NCBI GenBank assembly: GCA_012267385.1
Contig: JAAXGW010000024.1
Coordinates: forward strand, 19,536-83,535
Reading direction: 5' to 3'
Length of the DNA: 64,000 nucleotides
Source: OMG group bacterium
GTDB taxonomy: Bacteria; Pseudomonadota; Gammaproteobacteria; Pseudomonadales; Azotimanducaceae
This document shows, one piece after another, positions 9,593 through 20,055 of the stretch (positions are counted from its first letter, which is position 1; each line of letters starts with the position of its first letter). Made by a program: the position numbers and the translations under genes. Below the pieces are notes generated by a model. That model was not told where the DNA came from. It saw only the letters and a program-made list of their open reading frames with translations, and searched no databases.

Positions 9593-9958
9593 GTGTTCTC
9601 CTCGCGGGCGTTAGCTCAATGTGTACTTGGTCTCTTTTGGATCGATACAGTCTCTCGGCTTTGGCTCAAACTCAAGGGTGAAAGGTTTTGTAGCATAAAA
9701 ACTCCAGTTGTGATCGTTCCAAACAAACGATAAATTTTACCGCATGTTTACGGGTGTGCAAGTTAATTGCACGAAAATTGTCTTACTGTGCAAAACGATT
9801 TACTGCGACGCAGATTTTTCCATCCTAGCTGGATGAAGTTTTGAACGTCTCGCAATATCCAAATAAAGTCGTAGTTCCGGTCTCTCTTGAGCAGACACAC
9901 TAGATTTGTTCGACTTGCTCGTAGAGTAGCCTGGCGACTGTCGAATCTGTGGTGCACG

Positions 9959-10729
9959 TTATCGATGATCGAACAACTCTTGAAGTTTTGGTCTCACCTT
10001 CGATCCAGCCCGTTCAAATATTGCTACAAGTTCTTCAAACGCATCAGCACCAGCTACGAAATTCCAAAACTCTTCACCCACCAGTAGTTGCCCCCCATCA
10101 ATATCAAAAATCTTGTCGATATTAAATCTCAGGTAAGGTTCAGGATGGAAAGGGTTATACGGCATAGCAACAGCACTCTGAATGTTGTACTTTGTCCCAA
10201 ATTGCGCAAACCCTTGTGCTGCCCACTCAAGAATTTGACGCTTGTAATCGAGAATACCACTCTTATTCGGTTTGACTGTCTTTAGGTCTATTAAGTACAA
10301 GTCTCGACCACGACGTAGGAACAGGTCTACCATAACAGTGTCACGTTCAATACTGTCGGACAAGGACATGGTCGAGTTCCGAAGTACTTTGTACTCATCG
10401 ACTGCACTCGGGGCGACTCGTTTATTCCTCAAGTCGTCTATCATGTTTGAGACCTTATCACTCGCGCGTTTAGACAACGTCTTGTTCAGTTTAAATTGCG
10501 AGATCACTTCATCAAAATTGTCTCTCGCGACTAAACATGCAACTTTCTCAAACACCGACATTCCAAATGTGGTAAGAATACTTTGAACAATTTGATGAGT
10601 TAACAGTGTTCCTGTGCCCAGTAGCGGTGTGTAAAACGGTTTGTACGAAACTTTGGTCTGATCTAAACTCCTGATTTTGGACTCGATAACTTGACAAAGA
10701 AGTTCCTCTATCTCACGAGCCGGAAGCAT
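9959..10729 (-). CDS. type II restriction endonuclease, PD-(D/E)xK-like (TdeIII-like by recollection)
   Basis: 256 aa. It overlaps the 3' end of the methyltransferase gene by 17 nt (M->R operon). The candidate catalytic core ...VMVDLFLRRGRDLYLIDLKTVKPNKSG... fits D...(D/E)xK. The family name is from memory only. Confidence 0.6.
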   Translation of the reverse strand: MLPAREIEELLCQVIESKIRSLDQTKVSYKPFYTPLLGTGTLLTHQIVQSILTTFGMSVFEKVACLVARDNFDEVISQFKLNKTLSKRASDKVSNMIDDLRNKRVAPSAVDEYKVLRNSTMSLSDSIERDTVMVDLFLRRGRDLYLIDLKTVKPNKSGILDYKRQILEWAAQGFAQFGTKYNIQSAVAMPYNPFHPEPYLRFNIDKIFDIDGGQLLVGEEFWNFVAGADAFEELVAIFERAGSKVRPKLQELFDHR

Positions 10730-12323
10730 ACGTACTCCCTCTTAAGTGAAATATTGATTCCAAGTACTTACCTTTTATGCCCTCTGCTCGATTCAAAACC
10801 GGTCGTTTAAATTCGTTCACGAGTGAATAACCCGCTTTCTCGGCAATTTTGGGATACAGACCGAATCGGTCGTTCGCCACAATGAAGACATTAAAGTCTT
10901 CAGCTAAGTAAGGTTTAACGTTCTTAAATACTTCTGCAATCTCGTCCACGTACTGTTCTCTAGCTTCTTTTCGCTGACCGTTGGACAATGACCCTATCTC
11001 GAACTCATCCCTTCTTGGGAGTTCAAGAATCTCATATGCATATGCGTGCTGATCATGGTAGTCGATAAGACCGACGTAAGGTGGCGAAGTGAAAATCCCT
11101 TGAAATTTTTGCTCCGAAATTTTTTGCGTCAATTGACTATTGCGTAGTTTGTTTATGAAGTCTAAATTTTTGGAGTCGCCAACTACACATTCTTGAAATG
11201 TATCCGTTCGAAGTGATTTGAACTCAACCAATCTCCGAGCAGTGTCTTCAAGATATCGTTTCCACCAGCCATGCAACGTAATCTTTGGTGTGCAAATCTT
11301 ATAGTGTTTTGAGCAGTAGTACGGTCTTTGAATCGGTTGAATTAGCGTGGCTAGGTCATAGTGCTTTGTTGCTCGAACCGATCTGGCAGTACGGGTCAAC
11401 ACGAGGCTCAGCAGATTGCGAATAGGAAGCGAAGTGATCTCGAAAATTTGCTGTCTTAATAGTGCCAATTCGTGCCGAATCGTAGCGACAAACCAGCGAT
11501 CTAAAAATCTTTTGCTATCTTCGTTAACCGTAAAGTCAATTGAGTACTTATCACAGAGTTCATAGAAGCACTTACAAAACTCTAAAGCGTGTTCGTGTCC
11601 AACGATATCTTCCTTGATGTCGCCTTCCGAGACAGCACGTCGAAAATGAGGACTAGGAAAGTGTTGCTTATTAAATTCACTCAAAAGCGTTTTGAGCTCA
11701 CTCTCCAAAATCCGAGCCTTGATACTCGTCTCGTCCGATTCCAACAGCGTATTAATTTTCAGGGCTTCAGCATTTAGTTGCGAATGATCAATGTCAGCTA
11801 ACTTGCAGTTCGAAATCAGCGCATTAAACTCCGATATATCGACCCCAAGTGCGTGAATCCCTAATTCGTTACATTGAACTAACGTTGTACCACTCCCACA
11901 AAACGGATCTAGAATCACATCTCCTTGTCGAAAGTATGACTCTGTCTTAAACTCATCGGTATGAGAGTCGACAAAATATTCGACCAACTGTGGAATAAAT
12001 TTTCCTTTGTAGGGATGGATACGATGGACATGCTTAGTAGTCTCTGATTCTCTGTACTCAGCGAACGACAATCGCCAGTTCAGGTCGCACGAGAACGAGT
12101 TTTTAAAGCCTTCTTTTAGACGTTGCAAGCGTTCTTCGAAGTACGTGATGACTTCGTCTTGATCTAAGACATAGCCACCGGACGTCTCTCTAATTTGTTT
12201 GAGTACGCCATAGCGTATAAGGTAATGTATGTTCTCGGTCGTAATCCGCGTTTGCGTCACCTTCGACGCGACGACGCTAGCTTCTTTAACCGTTAGCGCG
12301 GCCGTATCCTCTTCAAACAACAT
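10713..12323 (-). CDS. DNA methyltransferase (amino-MTase; motif I before motif IV)
   Basis: 536 aa. The AdoMet motif ILDPFCGSGTTLVQC sits near residue 140, and the catalytic motif IFTSPPYVGLIDY sits near residue 410. SPPY is more typical of N4-cytosine than of N6-adenine enzymes. Confidence 0.8.
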   Translation of the reverse strand: MLFEEDTAALTVKEASVVASKVTQTRITTENIHYLIRYGVLKQIRETSGGYVLDQDEVITYFEERLQRLKEGFKNSFSCDLNWRLSFAEYRESETTKHVHRIHPYKGKFIPQLVEYFVDSHTDEFKTESYFRQGDVILDPFCGSGTTLVQCNELGIHALGVDISEFNALISNCKLADIDHSQLNAEALKINTLLESDETSIKARILESELKTLLSEFNKQHFPSPHFRRAVSEGDIKEDIVGHEHALEFCKCFYELCDKYSIDFTVNEDSKRFLDRWFVATIRHELALLRQQIFEITSLPIRNLLSLVLTRTARSVRATKHYDLATLIQPIQRPYYCSKHYKICTPKITLHGWWKRYLEDTARRLVEFKSLRTDTFQECVVGDSKNLDFINKLRNSQLTQKISEQKFQGIFTSPPYVGLIDYHDQHAYAYEILELPRRDEFEIGSLSNGQRKEAREQYVDEIAEVFKNVKPYLAEDFNVFIVANDRFGLYPKIAEKAGYSLVNEFKRPVLNRAEGIKGKYLESIFHLRGSTYASGS

Positions 12324-12633
12324 TTGATCTACTGCCGTACCAATACGTTGATGGAAATACAGCTAGCAAATCCTGTCGCTCGTTCTTGTTGAACTTCAGT
12401 CCTAGAGATATTTGTCTGCATTAATGCCCTTGTACAGCCTGAATAGTTCAAAGTGAATTACGTGATATTATGTTCATATATTATAAGCACTAACAAATTC
12501 GACGCGTCATGAAAATCAAGCTCATGTGTGGAGCTGGCAAGAGAAAGAACTCTTGTCCAATCTTACCGTCTAACAATCACCACTAATTGCGATCAAAGTG
12601 CTCAATACAGTAGCTTATTTATTAACGTAGAGA

Positions 12634-14415
12634 CTATTCGGACACATATACCCGTAAAGTCTTGACTTGTTCAGTTGTGAAAGTTGAATCTCCATAACCG
12701 GCGCTCAACAATTGCTCCGCAACATCGGACTGTACCTCGGTGTTCGGTATCTTTGAAATCACTTCCATAATTTCGGAAGCTCGATCGTAAATTGTCAACC
12801 GTGATACTAATTGGTAGAAATAATACGAGTTCCGCTCCTCGGGAATCGAGGAGCTCAGCGTTATAACCTCATCGATCCGATTCTTCTTGGCAAATTCGAT
12901 GCCGACGTCAATGGTTTGCGATACCCGATTCTCGCCACGCACCTGGCTTAGTAATTCCTTAGCTGTATCTAGCCGGTTGGCGTACAACAGTGAACGAATA
13001 ACGCTCGACTCTAGATTCGGGTATACATCGTCTGAGATAAATTCTTGAACAGCTATTTTCATAGCTTGTTCCGGTTCTTCAAGAGCATACTCTCCAAGAA
13101 CTTCGCTCAATAGGTTATTACGAAATGTTGATCCTTTTTTCGTATTTGTCTGTACCCATTCCAACGCTTGCTTCGGTTCATCATCCGACCAGTTTCGAAT
13201 GATGGTTCGTGTAGCACTACGTAAATTCGTGCCTGGCAGTGACCGAAAAGATGAGATTCGGTCAAGTACATCCTTTGGACTGTCCAATGCAAGTTCCGCA
13301 GCAGCCGCGGACAATACGCTGCTCCTATAGAACCGAGGTATATCCATCAATCGTTCCAATACGGTGTTAGGATCTGTTTCCGCCCAAGCATAAACCAACG
13401 TTTGCATCATCGAATTTCGAAATTGAGAATTGGGTAAATCTTGAACCGCTTGAAACGCTTCTTCTGCATTATCGTTTACCCAATAGTTGATTAAGTGTTG
13501 CGCTAGCCCTGGTCGAAAAATTCGCTCGCTGTCTCCGAATAAGTAATCAAGTGCGACAACACGATCGTGTCCAGTTACAAAATCGAAAAGTTCGTTCCAA
13601 AGACTTTCTCTTAATCTTGCGTTTCCGATTTGAGGAATAATGTTCATTCCATCGAGTTGATACCACTTATCCACAATCTGCCGATACAAATCCATTTGTA
13701 GAAAATCATCGATTTCATCATTAGCTAGTAAATCTAGTGCTTTAGCTGGTTCTTGATCCAATAGCTCAAATGCTTCGAGTTCTCTATGCCACGCTACTAA
13801 CTCAGATTCGAGACTGTGTGTGCTCGATATCGAAAGCAACTCTTCGCTGGATAGACTGTTCTGTTCTGCAAAAATGGCGCGCAATACGGAATGTTGTTCC
13901 GATTGTGTTAGTTCAGTCGTGGCCGATAACACTTGTTCTAAGTTGACTTTGGACCAACATGCGAACACTACTCGTAGAAGAACGAGTCGTCGGTGTTCGT
14001 CAAAATCGACTAAACTTGCTAAAGCCTCCTCAGGAGAAATGTGGACTAAGAACTCGACCAACATCTCCTGTAGTGTATAAAGGCGGGTATGCCAGGGAAG
14101 ATTTGAACTTTTCTTGATTAATTTCTTCAAGTCGTGCTGATTGAGAGTACTCAGTGACTCTGTCAATCCAAAAAAGTCCGATTGGCTAAGTTCATCGGAA
14201 AAAATCGTATCAAATCCACTAGCGAGCCTCTGCGTATCCGTGGAATCGACCGTGTAAGGAGACGAACCCATGCTGAAATTCGAAGAGCGAGTTGTCCAAA
14301 CAATGATCGAATATACAACGACGCCGACCACTACTCCAATCAACAATCCGGTGAGTAGAGTCGTGCGCACACTGAATCTCGAGGGGAACTCATTGCCTTT
14401 TGGCGCGCTACTCAT
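12634..14415 (-). CDS. A-type membrane-anchored helical-repeat protein (pair 1)
   Basis: Long ORF paralogous to the four other A-type genes. It ends ...TEQVKTLRVYVSE. The ORF track starts at TTG 14448. ATG 14415 (MSSAPKGNEF...) gives an N-terminal length matching the paralogues. Single TM: LLTGLLIGVVVGVVVYSIIVW. Confidence 0.8.
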   Translation of the reverse strand: MSSAPKGNEFPSRFSVRTTLLTGLLIGVVVGVVVYSIIVWTTRSSNFSMGSSPYTVDSTDTQRLASGFDTIFSDELSQSDFFGLTESLSTLNQHDLKKLIKKSSNLPWHTRLYTLQEMLVEFLVHISPEEALASLVDFDEHRRLVLLRVVFACWSKVNLEQVLSATTELTQSEQHSVLRAIFAEQNSLSSEELLSISSTHSLESELVAWHRELEAFELLDQEPAKALDLLANDEIDDFLQMDLYRQIVDKWYQLDGMNIIPQIGNARLRESLWNELFDFVTGHDRVVALDYLFGDSERIFRPGLAQHLINYWVNDNAEEAFQAVQDLPNSQFRNSMMQTLVYAWAETDPNTVLERLMDIPRFYRSSVLSAAAAELALDSPKDVLDRISSFRSLPGTNLRSATRTIIRNWSDDEPKQALEWVQTNTKKGSTFRNNLLSEVLGEYALEEPEQAMKIAVQEFISDDVYPNLESSVIRSLLYANRLDTAKELLSQVRGENRVSQTIDVGIEFAKKNRIDEVITLSSSIPEERNSYYFYQLVSRLTIYDRASEIMEVISKIPNTEVQSDVAEQLLSAGYGDSTFTTEQVKTLRVYVSE

Positions 14416-14476
14416 GACAAATCCAAATCGTCCGTTTCTTTGCTTCAACAGTCAACACGATTGTTAGTGCCTACTG

Positions 14477-16243
14477 TCACTGATTGGATTCGTCGAGTAC
14501 AAAAGCACGAACCATTTCGAGCTCTGCCTCTGACAAATAATCTTCTTGCTGCAACACGCCAATTGCAATCATGCTTCGAATCTCAACATTGTCCATTTGT
14601 GGAAGTTCTTCAAGAAGCGACTCAGCATTAATTTGCAGCCATGGCCAAACCAACCGGCGATAGAAATTCGGTCTCATTGACTTCTCGAGAGTCTCTCCTA
14701 GTGCAAGCGCGTCATCGATCCGACCGGCTTCTATGAGAAAATCACTCACTCTATTGAAAACATACGGATTAGCAGAGTCTCGAATTTGCGGTAACAGTGC
14801 CATTCCTTCGTCGATTCTTCCCTCTCTGAGTAGAGCTAAGACAACACCATCTTCTACCGCACTCTCTACCGGTTGTTTGAGTGCAATCTCCATTGCTTTG
14901 GCTGAATCGGAAAGCGCTAGTTGTTCCAAGCCATACCGCAACCTCCATCGACCATTAAAGGTACCTTGATCCATGTTTTCAAGTATCCATTGCACTGCAG
15001 CTTCAGGATCCCTTCGACTCCAAATATTTACAAATGAACTCGTCGCCTCTTGAGTATTAATTCCTATTAGTCTAAATTGTGCGAGTAATTCGAGTACTTC
15101 ACTAGGTGAAGAATTCTCGGCTATTCGGTAAATTGCGTCGCGAGCCACTGAACTCCGGAAGTCCTCCGGTACTAAGTCAATATGTTCGAGAACCTGACCA
15201 GATAATACATTCACCCAGGTTATCAACAAGTACTTGACTTCAGACTTCATAGACTCCATGTATGCATCTGAAGTAATGGTGCGTATAGCGTTTATTGGAT
15301 CTTCATCAGCTAATGCTCTAAATGCCACATTTCTGAAAGCCTGTTCAGTTTCCTCGGGCAAGGACAATAGTTGATTCCAAGCGATCGTAGGGTTGGTAGC
15401 AACAATTTCGGCGACGACAGGACGCCAAAGAATATATGATCTTTGAGTGAACAATTCTCCAACTACACTTAGCATAGAGCCGATGTTATCCTCACTCTCG
15501 CGCGCGATCCAGCGACGGGTAATCTTCTGGAGTGCTGTTTGCTTCTGAAAGTCTGAAACGTTAGCTTCGATCACTAAGTTAAATGCGTTACTTGGTTCGT
15601 CGATTACTTTAACAAGTTCAGCTTCAAATACCCACTGATCGAAGTAATCGGTGATGTCTAACGATTCCACTATTTCAGTTAATTCGGCTTCCGTCAAACT
15701 ACCCTGATGATGCAAAACTATTTTGATTGCACTACCTTTCCATGGTTCTGTCAATGACGAAAATGCCCGCAAAGCTTTGCGAGGTGCGATTGCGCTCCAC
15801 TGTATCGCTACTATTTCAAGTAAAGTCCCCCATCGTACGCGTTCTGTTTCCCAGATCAGCTCCAATGCCTTCTCTGAGTCGAGACGAGCGAGTTCAGAGA
15901 AGAGCAAGTGTTGTACCGAGTATAAATTCTCGGCGAGTTCGAGCGTGAATGTGTGCGAAAGTAAATCCGCAATCTGCTTCGCACTCTTACCTTCCAATAA
16001 TTGGTAAAGAGCGAACCGTCGATCAACGACACTCTGAAGCCCGATGATTTCTGGTAAGTCTCTCGGTACCGAGGCGAGTGCACCACTGCTTAAGCTATTA
16101 GTTAGAGTCGGGTGTAGTGTACTTTCGTTAGAAGACCATCTTTCAATTGTTTGATTCGGTGGCAGTAACAGAAAAGAAGGTAGTAGGCCCAGTCCAATCT
16201 CGCCGGTCAAACCGATGAGCAATATCACCCACTTCTTTTTCAT
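14477..16243 (-). CDS. B-type membrane-anchored helical-repeat protein (pair 1)
   Basis: Paralogue of the other B-type genes. It ends ...LSEAELEMVRAFVLDESNQ. The likely start is ATG 16243 (MKKKWVILLIGLTGEIGLGLL...); the ORF track begins at TTG 16255. Confidence 0.8.
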   Translation of the reverse strand: MKKKWVILLIGLTGEIGLGLLPSFLLLPPNQTIERWSSNESTLHPTLTNSLSSGALASVPRDLPEIIGLQSVVDRRFALYQLLEGKSAKQIADLLSHTFTLELAENLYSVQHLLFSELARLDSEKALELIWETERVRWGTLLEIVAIQWSAIAPRKALRAFSSLTEPWKGSAIKIVLHHQGSLTEAELTEIVESLDITDYFDQWVFEAELVKVIDEPSNAFNLVIEANVSDFQKQTALQKITRRWIARESEDNIGSMLSVVGELFTQRSYILWRPVVAEIVATNPTIAWNQLLSLPEETEQAFRNVAFRALADEDPINAIRTITSDAYMESMKSEVKYLLITWVNVLSGQVLEHIDLVPEDFRSSVARDAIYRIAENSSPSEVLELLAQFRLIGINTQEATSSFVNIWSRRDPEAAVQWILENMDQGTFNGRWRLRYGLEQLALSDSAKAMEIALKQPVESAVEDGVVLALLREGRIDEGMALLPQIRDSANPYVFNRVSDFLIEAGRIDDALALGETLEKSMRPNFYRRLVWPWLQINAESLLEELPQMDNVEIRSMIAIGVLQQEDYLSEAELEMVRAFVLDESNQ

Positions 16244-16333
16244 AATGCTGTGCAAAGATCTAGTGCCTAAACTTAGAGACTGTCGGTCGTAGAGTTTGAT
16301 CCTTTAACAAAGTTCTATGTTACCGAGCGTGCA

Positions 16334-18127
16334 TTACTCCGCCACATATGAGCGTAGAGTTTCAATTTGATCTGAGTTGAAGTATCTTTCTAGAGTCCAA
16401 CCATTAAAGAATCGATCAACCACACCCGTTTGTAGTTCTGCTGACGGTAATCTCTCAATCAAGTCCAATATGTCGGATGTCCGATCATACAAGAATCCTG
16501 TTGCGATATTAAAAAAGTAATTAATTCTCTGAGCTTCGGGTACTAATTCAGCTAACGAGAGAGTATCGTCCATGCGATCCGCTTCGACTAGTGCCGCACC
16601 CACCATTGTGGCGGTATTCAGGAGCATATTCTCGTCTTGAATTTTGTTGAGCAATTCGACTGCGGTGTCCAAGTGTTCCTCCTGCAGGAGAGCACTAATC
16701 ACACTTCGTTCTAAACCGTACCACCTATTTTCTGGTTTAATTTCTTCAACAGCAATGGTCATCGCTTTCTCTGGGTCGATGGGTGCGTAAAAAAAGATTA
16801 TCTGGCTTAAAAACTCGATACGTTTTCTCGAGCCTTCTTGTGTATTGGTTAGAACCCATTTAACTGCAGCCTCTGGCGCGGCGTTCGCCCACGAAACAAG
16901 CACCATCTCTACTGCATGATCGACGTTCGCACCAGGAACTGAACGAAACGCTTCGATTCGCTCAAGTGCTTGTATGGGATCCTGTCGTGCAAACTGACCG
17001 GCAACTGCAGTCATTACATCACGTCTATATAACCGGGGAATTTCCAACAATCGGTCCAAGATAGAATTAGGCTCTTCTCGGCCCCATTGCGAAACCACAG
17101 TACTAAGCATTGAGTTGCGAAAAGACGATTTAGAGAAGTCGAGTACTGCTTGTAACGCCTCTTCTCTGTCCTCTCTAATCCAACCATCAAGTAACCAATA
17201 ACCGATCTGGGTTCTCCTACTCTCATCAATGTTACTAATGAACTCCAGCGCAGCTATACGGTCTCGTTCCGCAACCAACTCAAAGAGAGCTTTTGAGACT
17301 CCATCACTTAATGGTGCGTCGTAGAGTAGCGTAAGAATGTTCAATCCATCGTACTGAAACCATTCCTCAACAATCTGTCGATATAGGTCTATCTGCAGAC
17401 GATCGTCGACTTCGTCCTCTAAGAGTGACTCAAAAGCCCTTGAAGGATCTTGATCCAAGATTTCGTTGATCGCTAACTCTCGCTCCCATGCGACAGAGTG
17501 AGATTCGAAGTCAAAATTTTTCGCCAGCGAAGAAAATTCTTGGGTAGAGAGATCACTCCGCTGTTCGAAAATGGTTCTTAATGCGACATTCAAATCTGGC
17601 TGTGGTAATTCAACGGCCGCCGAAATAGCGTCTTCAATGTTCGTCGCCGACCAATGTGTAAATACCAGCGCTAACAATGAGAGTCTTTGATGCTCTGGAA
17701 ATTGTTCGAGACTTGCGATTGCTTCTCTAGGCGATACTTGAATTAAGAGTTCGATCAACATCTCTTGAACCGTATACAGTCGAGGTGTCCAAGTTTGGGT
17801 CGAACTCTTCGCTATTAAGTCCTTTAATTGATGCTGATTTAAAGTCTTGAGTACCGTAAGTATGTGATGCAGTTCGGTATGTCTCACTTCCGTGGCGAAA
17901 ATCCAATCTAGTTCTGATTCGTCACTTTCAATCGAAGACGAACTCGATCCATTTTTGCCGTCATCAGAGACAGTTTGAACCAACCCACCACTGTTAACGT
18001 CCAACATCCAATTCACGGCCAAGTAACCTGTTACTCCAACCGCTAAACCAATAGAAACGCAAGCCACCAAAATCAGAGATGGACTATTTTTGCGGGTACG
18101 GTTCAATTCCGTATTGGTACTATTCAA
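16334..18127 (-). CDS. A-type membrane-anchored helical-repeat protein (pair 2)
   Basis: 597 aa with a TTG start. TM: LILVACVSIGLAVGVTGYLAV. It ends ...SDQIETLRSYVAE. Confidence 0.8.
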   Translation of the reverse strand: MNSTNTELNRTRKNSPSLILVACVSIGLAVGVTGYLAVNWMLDVNSGGLVQTVSDDGKNGSSSSSIESDESELDWIFATEVRHTELHHILTVLKTLNQHQLKDLIAKSSTQTWTPRLYTVQEMLIELLIQVSPREAIASLEQFPEHQRLSLLALVFTHWSATNIEDAISAAVELPQPDLNVALRTIFEQRSDLSTQEFSSLAKNFDFESHSVAWERELAINEILDQDPSRAFESLLEDEVDDRLQIDLYRQIVEEWFQYDGLNILTLLYDAPLSDGVSKALFELVAERDRIAALEFISNIDESRRTQIGYWLLDGWIREDREEALQAVLDFSKSSFRNSMLSTVVSQWGREEPNSILDRLLEIPRLYRRDVMTAVAGQFARQDPIQALERIEAFRSVPGANVDHAVEMVLVSWANAAPEAAVKWVLTNTQEGSRKRIEFLSQIIFFYAPIDPEKAMTIAVEEIKPENRWYGLERSVISALLQEEHLDTAVELLNKIQDENMLLNTATMVGAALVEADRMDDTLSLAELVPEAQRINYFFNIATGFLYDRTSDILDLIERLPSAELQTGVVDRFFNGWTLERYFNSDQIETLRSYVAE

Positions 18128-18201
18128 GGTCTAACCGTGCTTTTAACATGCTGTGTCGAAAATTACAAAACGAACATTCGGATAATCGGTAAGTACTCCG
18201 T

Positions 18202-19986
18202 TTAGTTTGTTTTTTTGGGTACGAACGACGTAATAAATTCAATCTCTGCTTCGGTCAAGTAAGGGTAAAACTGTTGCTCCGATAACACACTTTGCGCGAT
18301 CGCCTTTCGCATTTCCGCAGTCGGCAATTTGGGTAAGCGTTCGAGCAACGACTCTGGCTCAAAGCGCACCCACGGCCTTGCCATACTGCTGTAGAACAAA
18401 CGTTTCTCTGATTCTTCTAAACCGTCCGCTAAGGCGAGCACATCATCAATCCGCCCACCTACGATCAGAAACTGATTTATGCCGTCGTAATAACGTGGAG
18501 ACTCTGGCGAGCTTCTGATTTTTGGAATGAGCGATAGAGCACTGTCGAATTTTCCCTGTCTTAATAAAGTCATCACTACGCCCTGTTCAAGTGCCATGTC
18601 GGCAGGCTGCTCAAGTGCCAACTCCATAGCTCTCTCTGGATTTGACAACGACAGTCTTCCCAGCGCGAACTCAATCGTCCTCTGCACCATCCAGTTTTCT
18701 TGGTCCATGTTTTCCAGTGCCCATTCAAACGCTGCAATAGGGTCGTCGAGACTCCAAGTCCTTACCAATTCTTCAGTTGCATCATCCACGATATTGCCCT
18801 GCAATTTCAACTGCGCTAACAACTCAATCACTTCGCTCGGTGGTGAGCTTTTTGCGAGGTGATCGACAGCTAAGTTAATTGCCGATGTCTTGAAATTCTC
18901 CGGTACGAGCTCAAGGTTTTCAAGTAAGCGATCCGCCTCAGCACGAATCCAGGGTATCAGTACTGAGTAGAAGTTTGAACCCTCGGCATCCACGTACTCT
19001 TTGGTAGTGATGGTCTGGATCGCAGTTTCTGGATCGTGCTCAACCCATACTTTAAAGACATACCTCTTAAATTGCTGTTGCAATTCAGTCGGCATGGATG
19101 ATAGTTGTTCCCACGCGAGCTCCGGATTCATGGCTGCAATTGCCGTGACGACAGGTATCCAAAGACCTCTTGATTCATTGAGAATTTCGTAAGCGAGACT
19201 CAGCATGGAACTGATGTCGTCTGTTCCAGCGCGCTCGATCCAGCGATTCGTAATGTCTAAGAGCATGCTGCGCTTATGAAACTCTGAAGTATTAGCTTTT
19301 GTCGCTAAGTTGTACGCGGATCGTGGTTCGTCAATCACTGCTTCGAGTTGAGTGTCATAATTCCACCTTGCAAAGTGATCAGCGATATCTAGCGTCTGTA
19401 CTACTTCTGCGATGGTGGTATCCGTGAAACTTCTTTGATTATCGAAGACCGCTTCGATTGCTTGGCTCTTCCAAGGTTCACCGAATAACGAAAAAGTTCG
19501 CAATGCTTCTTCTGGCGAGACCATGCCCCAATGCATTGCCACAATGTTGAGAAATGTACTCCACCTTGTTGGCGCGGTCTCCCAAACAAGATTCAACGAC
19601 TTCTCTGGGTCAATACGCGCCAATTCAGCAAAGAGTAGTCTTTGCACTGAGTACAGGTTTTTGGAGTAGTCGAGATTCAACGATTGACGAAGTAACTCTG
19701 CAACTTGGTCCCCACTTCTTTGTTCGAGCAACTGGTACAGCGCCCCACGTCGCTCTGAAGCCATTTCTAAGACTATGATTTCTTCGAGATCGCTACTAAC
19801 ATTGGCCAGAGTCTCTTGTTCATTGTTGTTTGCAGAGGGTGATTCCTGGATTGTGTGTAGGGGAGAATCGCTTGTGTCTGTACTGTTCGTAGGGAACACA
19901 AAAAACGAAATCAAAACTCCTAAGCCAACACCTCCAACCAGACTGGCGAGAACGAGCAGGAGACGGTTTTGCTGCGTCTTGATCAT
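18202..19986 (-). CDS. B-type membrane-anchored helical-repeat protein (pair 2)
   Basis: It ends ...LTEAEIEFITSFVPKKTN. The likely start is ATG 19986 (MIKTQQNRLLLVLASLVGGVGLGVL...); the ORF track begins at TTG 20010. Confidence 0.8.
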   Translation of the reverse strand: MIKTQQNRLLLVLASLVGGVGLGVLISFFVFPTNSTDTSDSPLHTIQESPSANNNEQETLANVSSDLEEIIVLEMASERRGALYQLLEQRSGDQVAELLRQSLNLDYSKNLYSVQRLLFAELARIDPEKSLNLVWETAPTRWSTFLNIVAMHWGMVSPEEALRTFSLFGEPWKSQAIEAVFDNQRSFTDTTIAEVVQTLDIADHFARWNYDTQLEAVIDEPRSAYNLATKANTSEFHKRSMLLDITNRWIERAGTDDISSMLSLAYEILNESRGLWIPVVTAIAAMNPELAWEQLSSMPTELQQQFKRYVFKVWVEHDPETAIQTITTKEYVDAEGSNFYSVLIPWIRAEADRLLENLELVPENFKTSAINLAVDHLAKSSPPSEVIELLAQLKLQGNIVDDATEELVRTWSLDDPIAAFEWALENMDQENWMVQRTIEFALGRLSLSNPERAMELALEQPADMALEQGVVMTLLRQGKFDSALSLIPKIRSSPESPRYYDGINQFLIVGGRIDDVLALADGLEESEKRLFYSSMARPWVRFEPESLLERLPKLPTAEMRKAIAQSVLSEQQFYPYLTEAEIEFITSFVPKKTN

Positions 19987-20055
19987 GTTATCGATATTTT
20001 TACATTTCAAGGCTTAGTTGTACAACAGTAAGCAAAAAAACTGTCAGGCTCACTA

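Noticed and set aside
9763-9957. A 64-aa minus-strand ORF between the endonuclease gene and infC, considered as a possible thrS remnant.
   Set aside because: The translation has no resemblance to a ThrRS C-terminus and is Arg/Cys-rich. The region is more likely the infC promoter and leader.
9593-12633. Calling the R-M region (or the whole 9.6-31 kb segment) a mobile element or genomic island.
   Set aside because: I could find no integrase, transposase, recombinase, IS termini or flanking direct repeats. tRNA genes are nearby but are not visibly duplicated or truncated.
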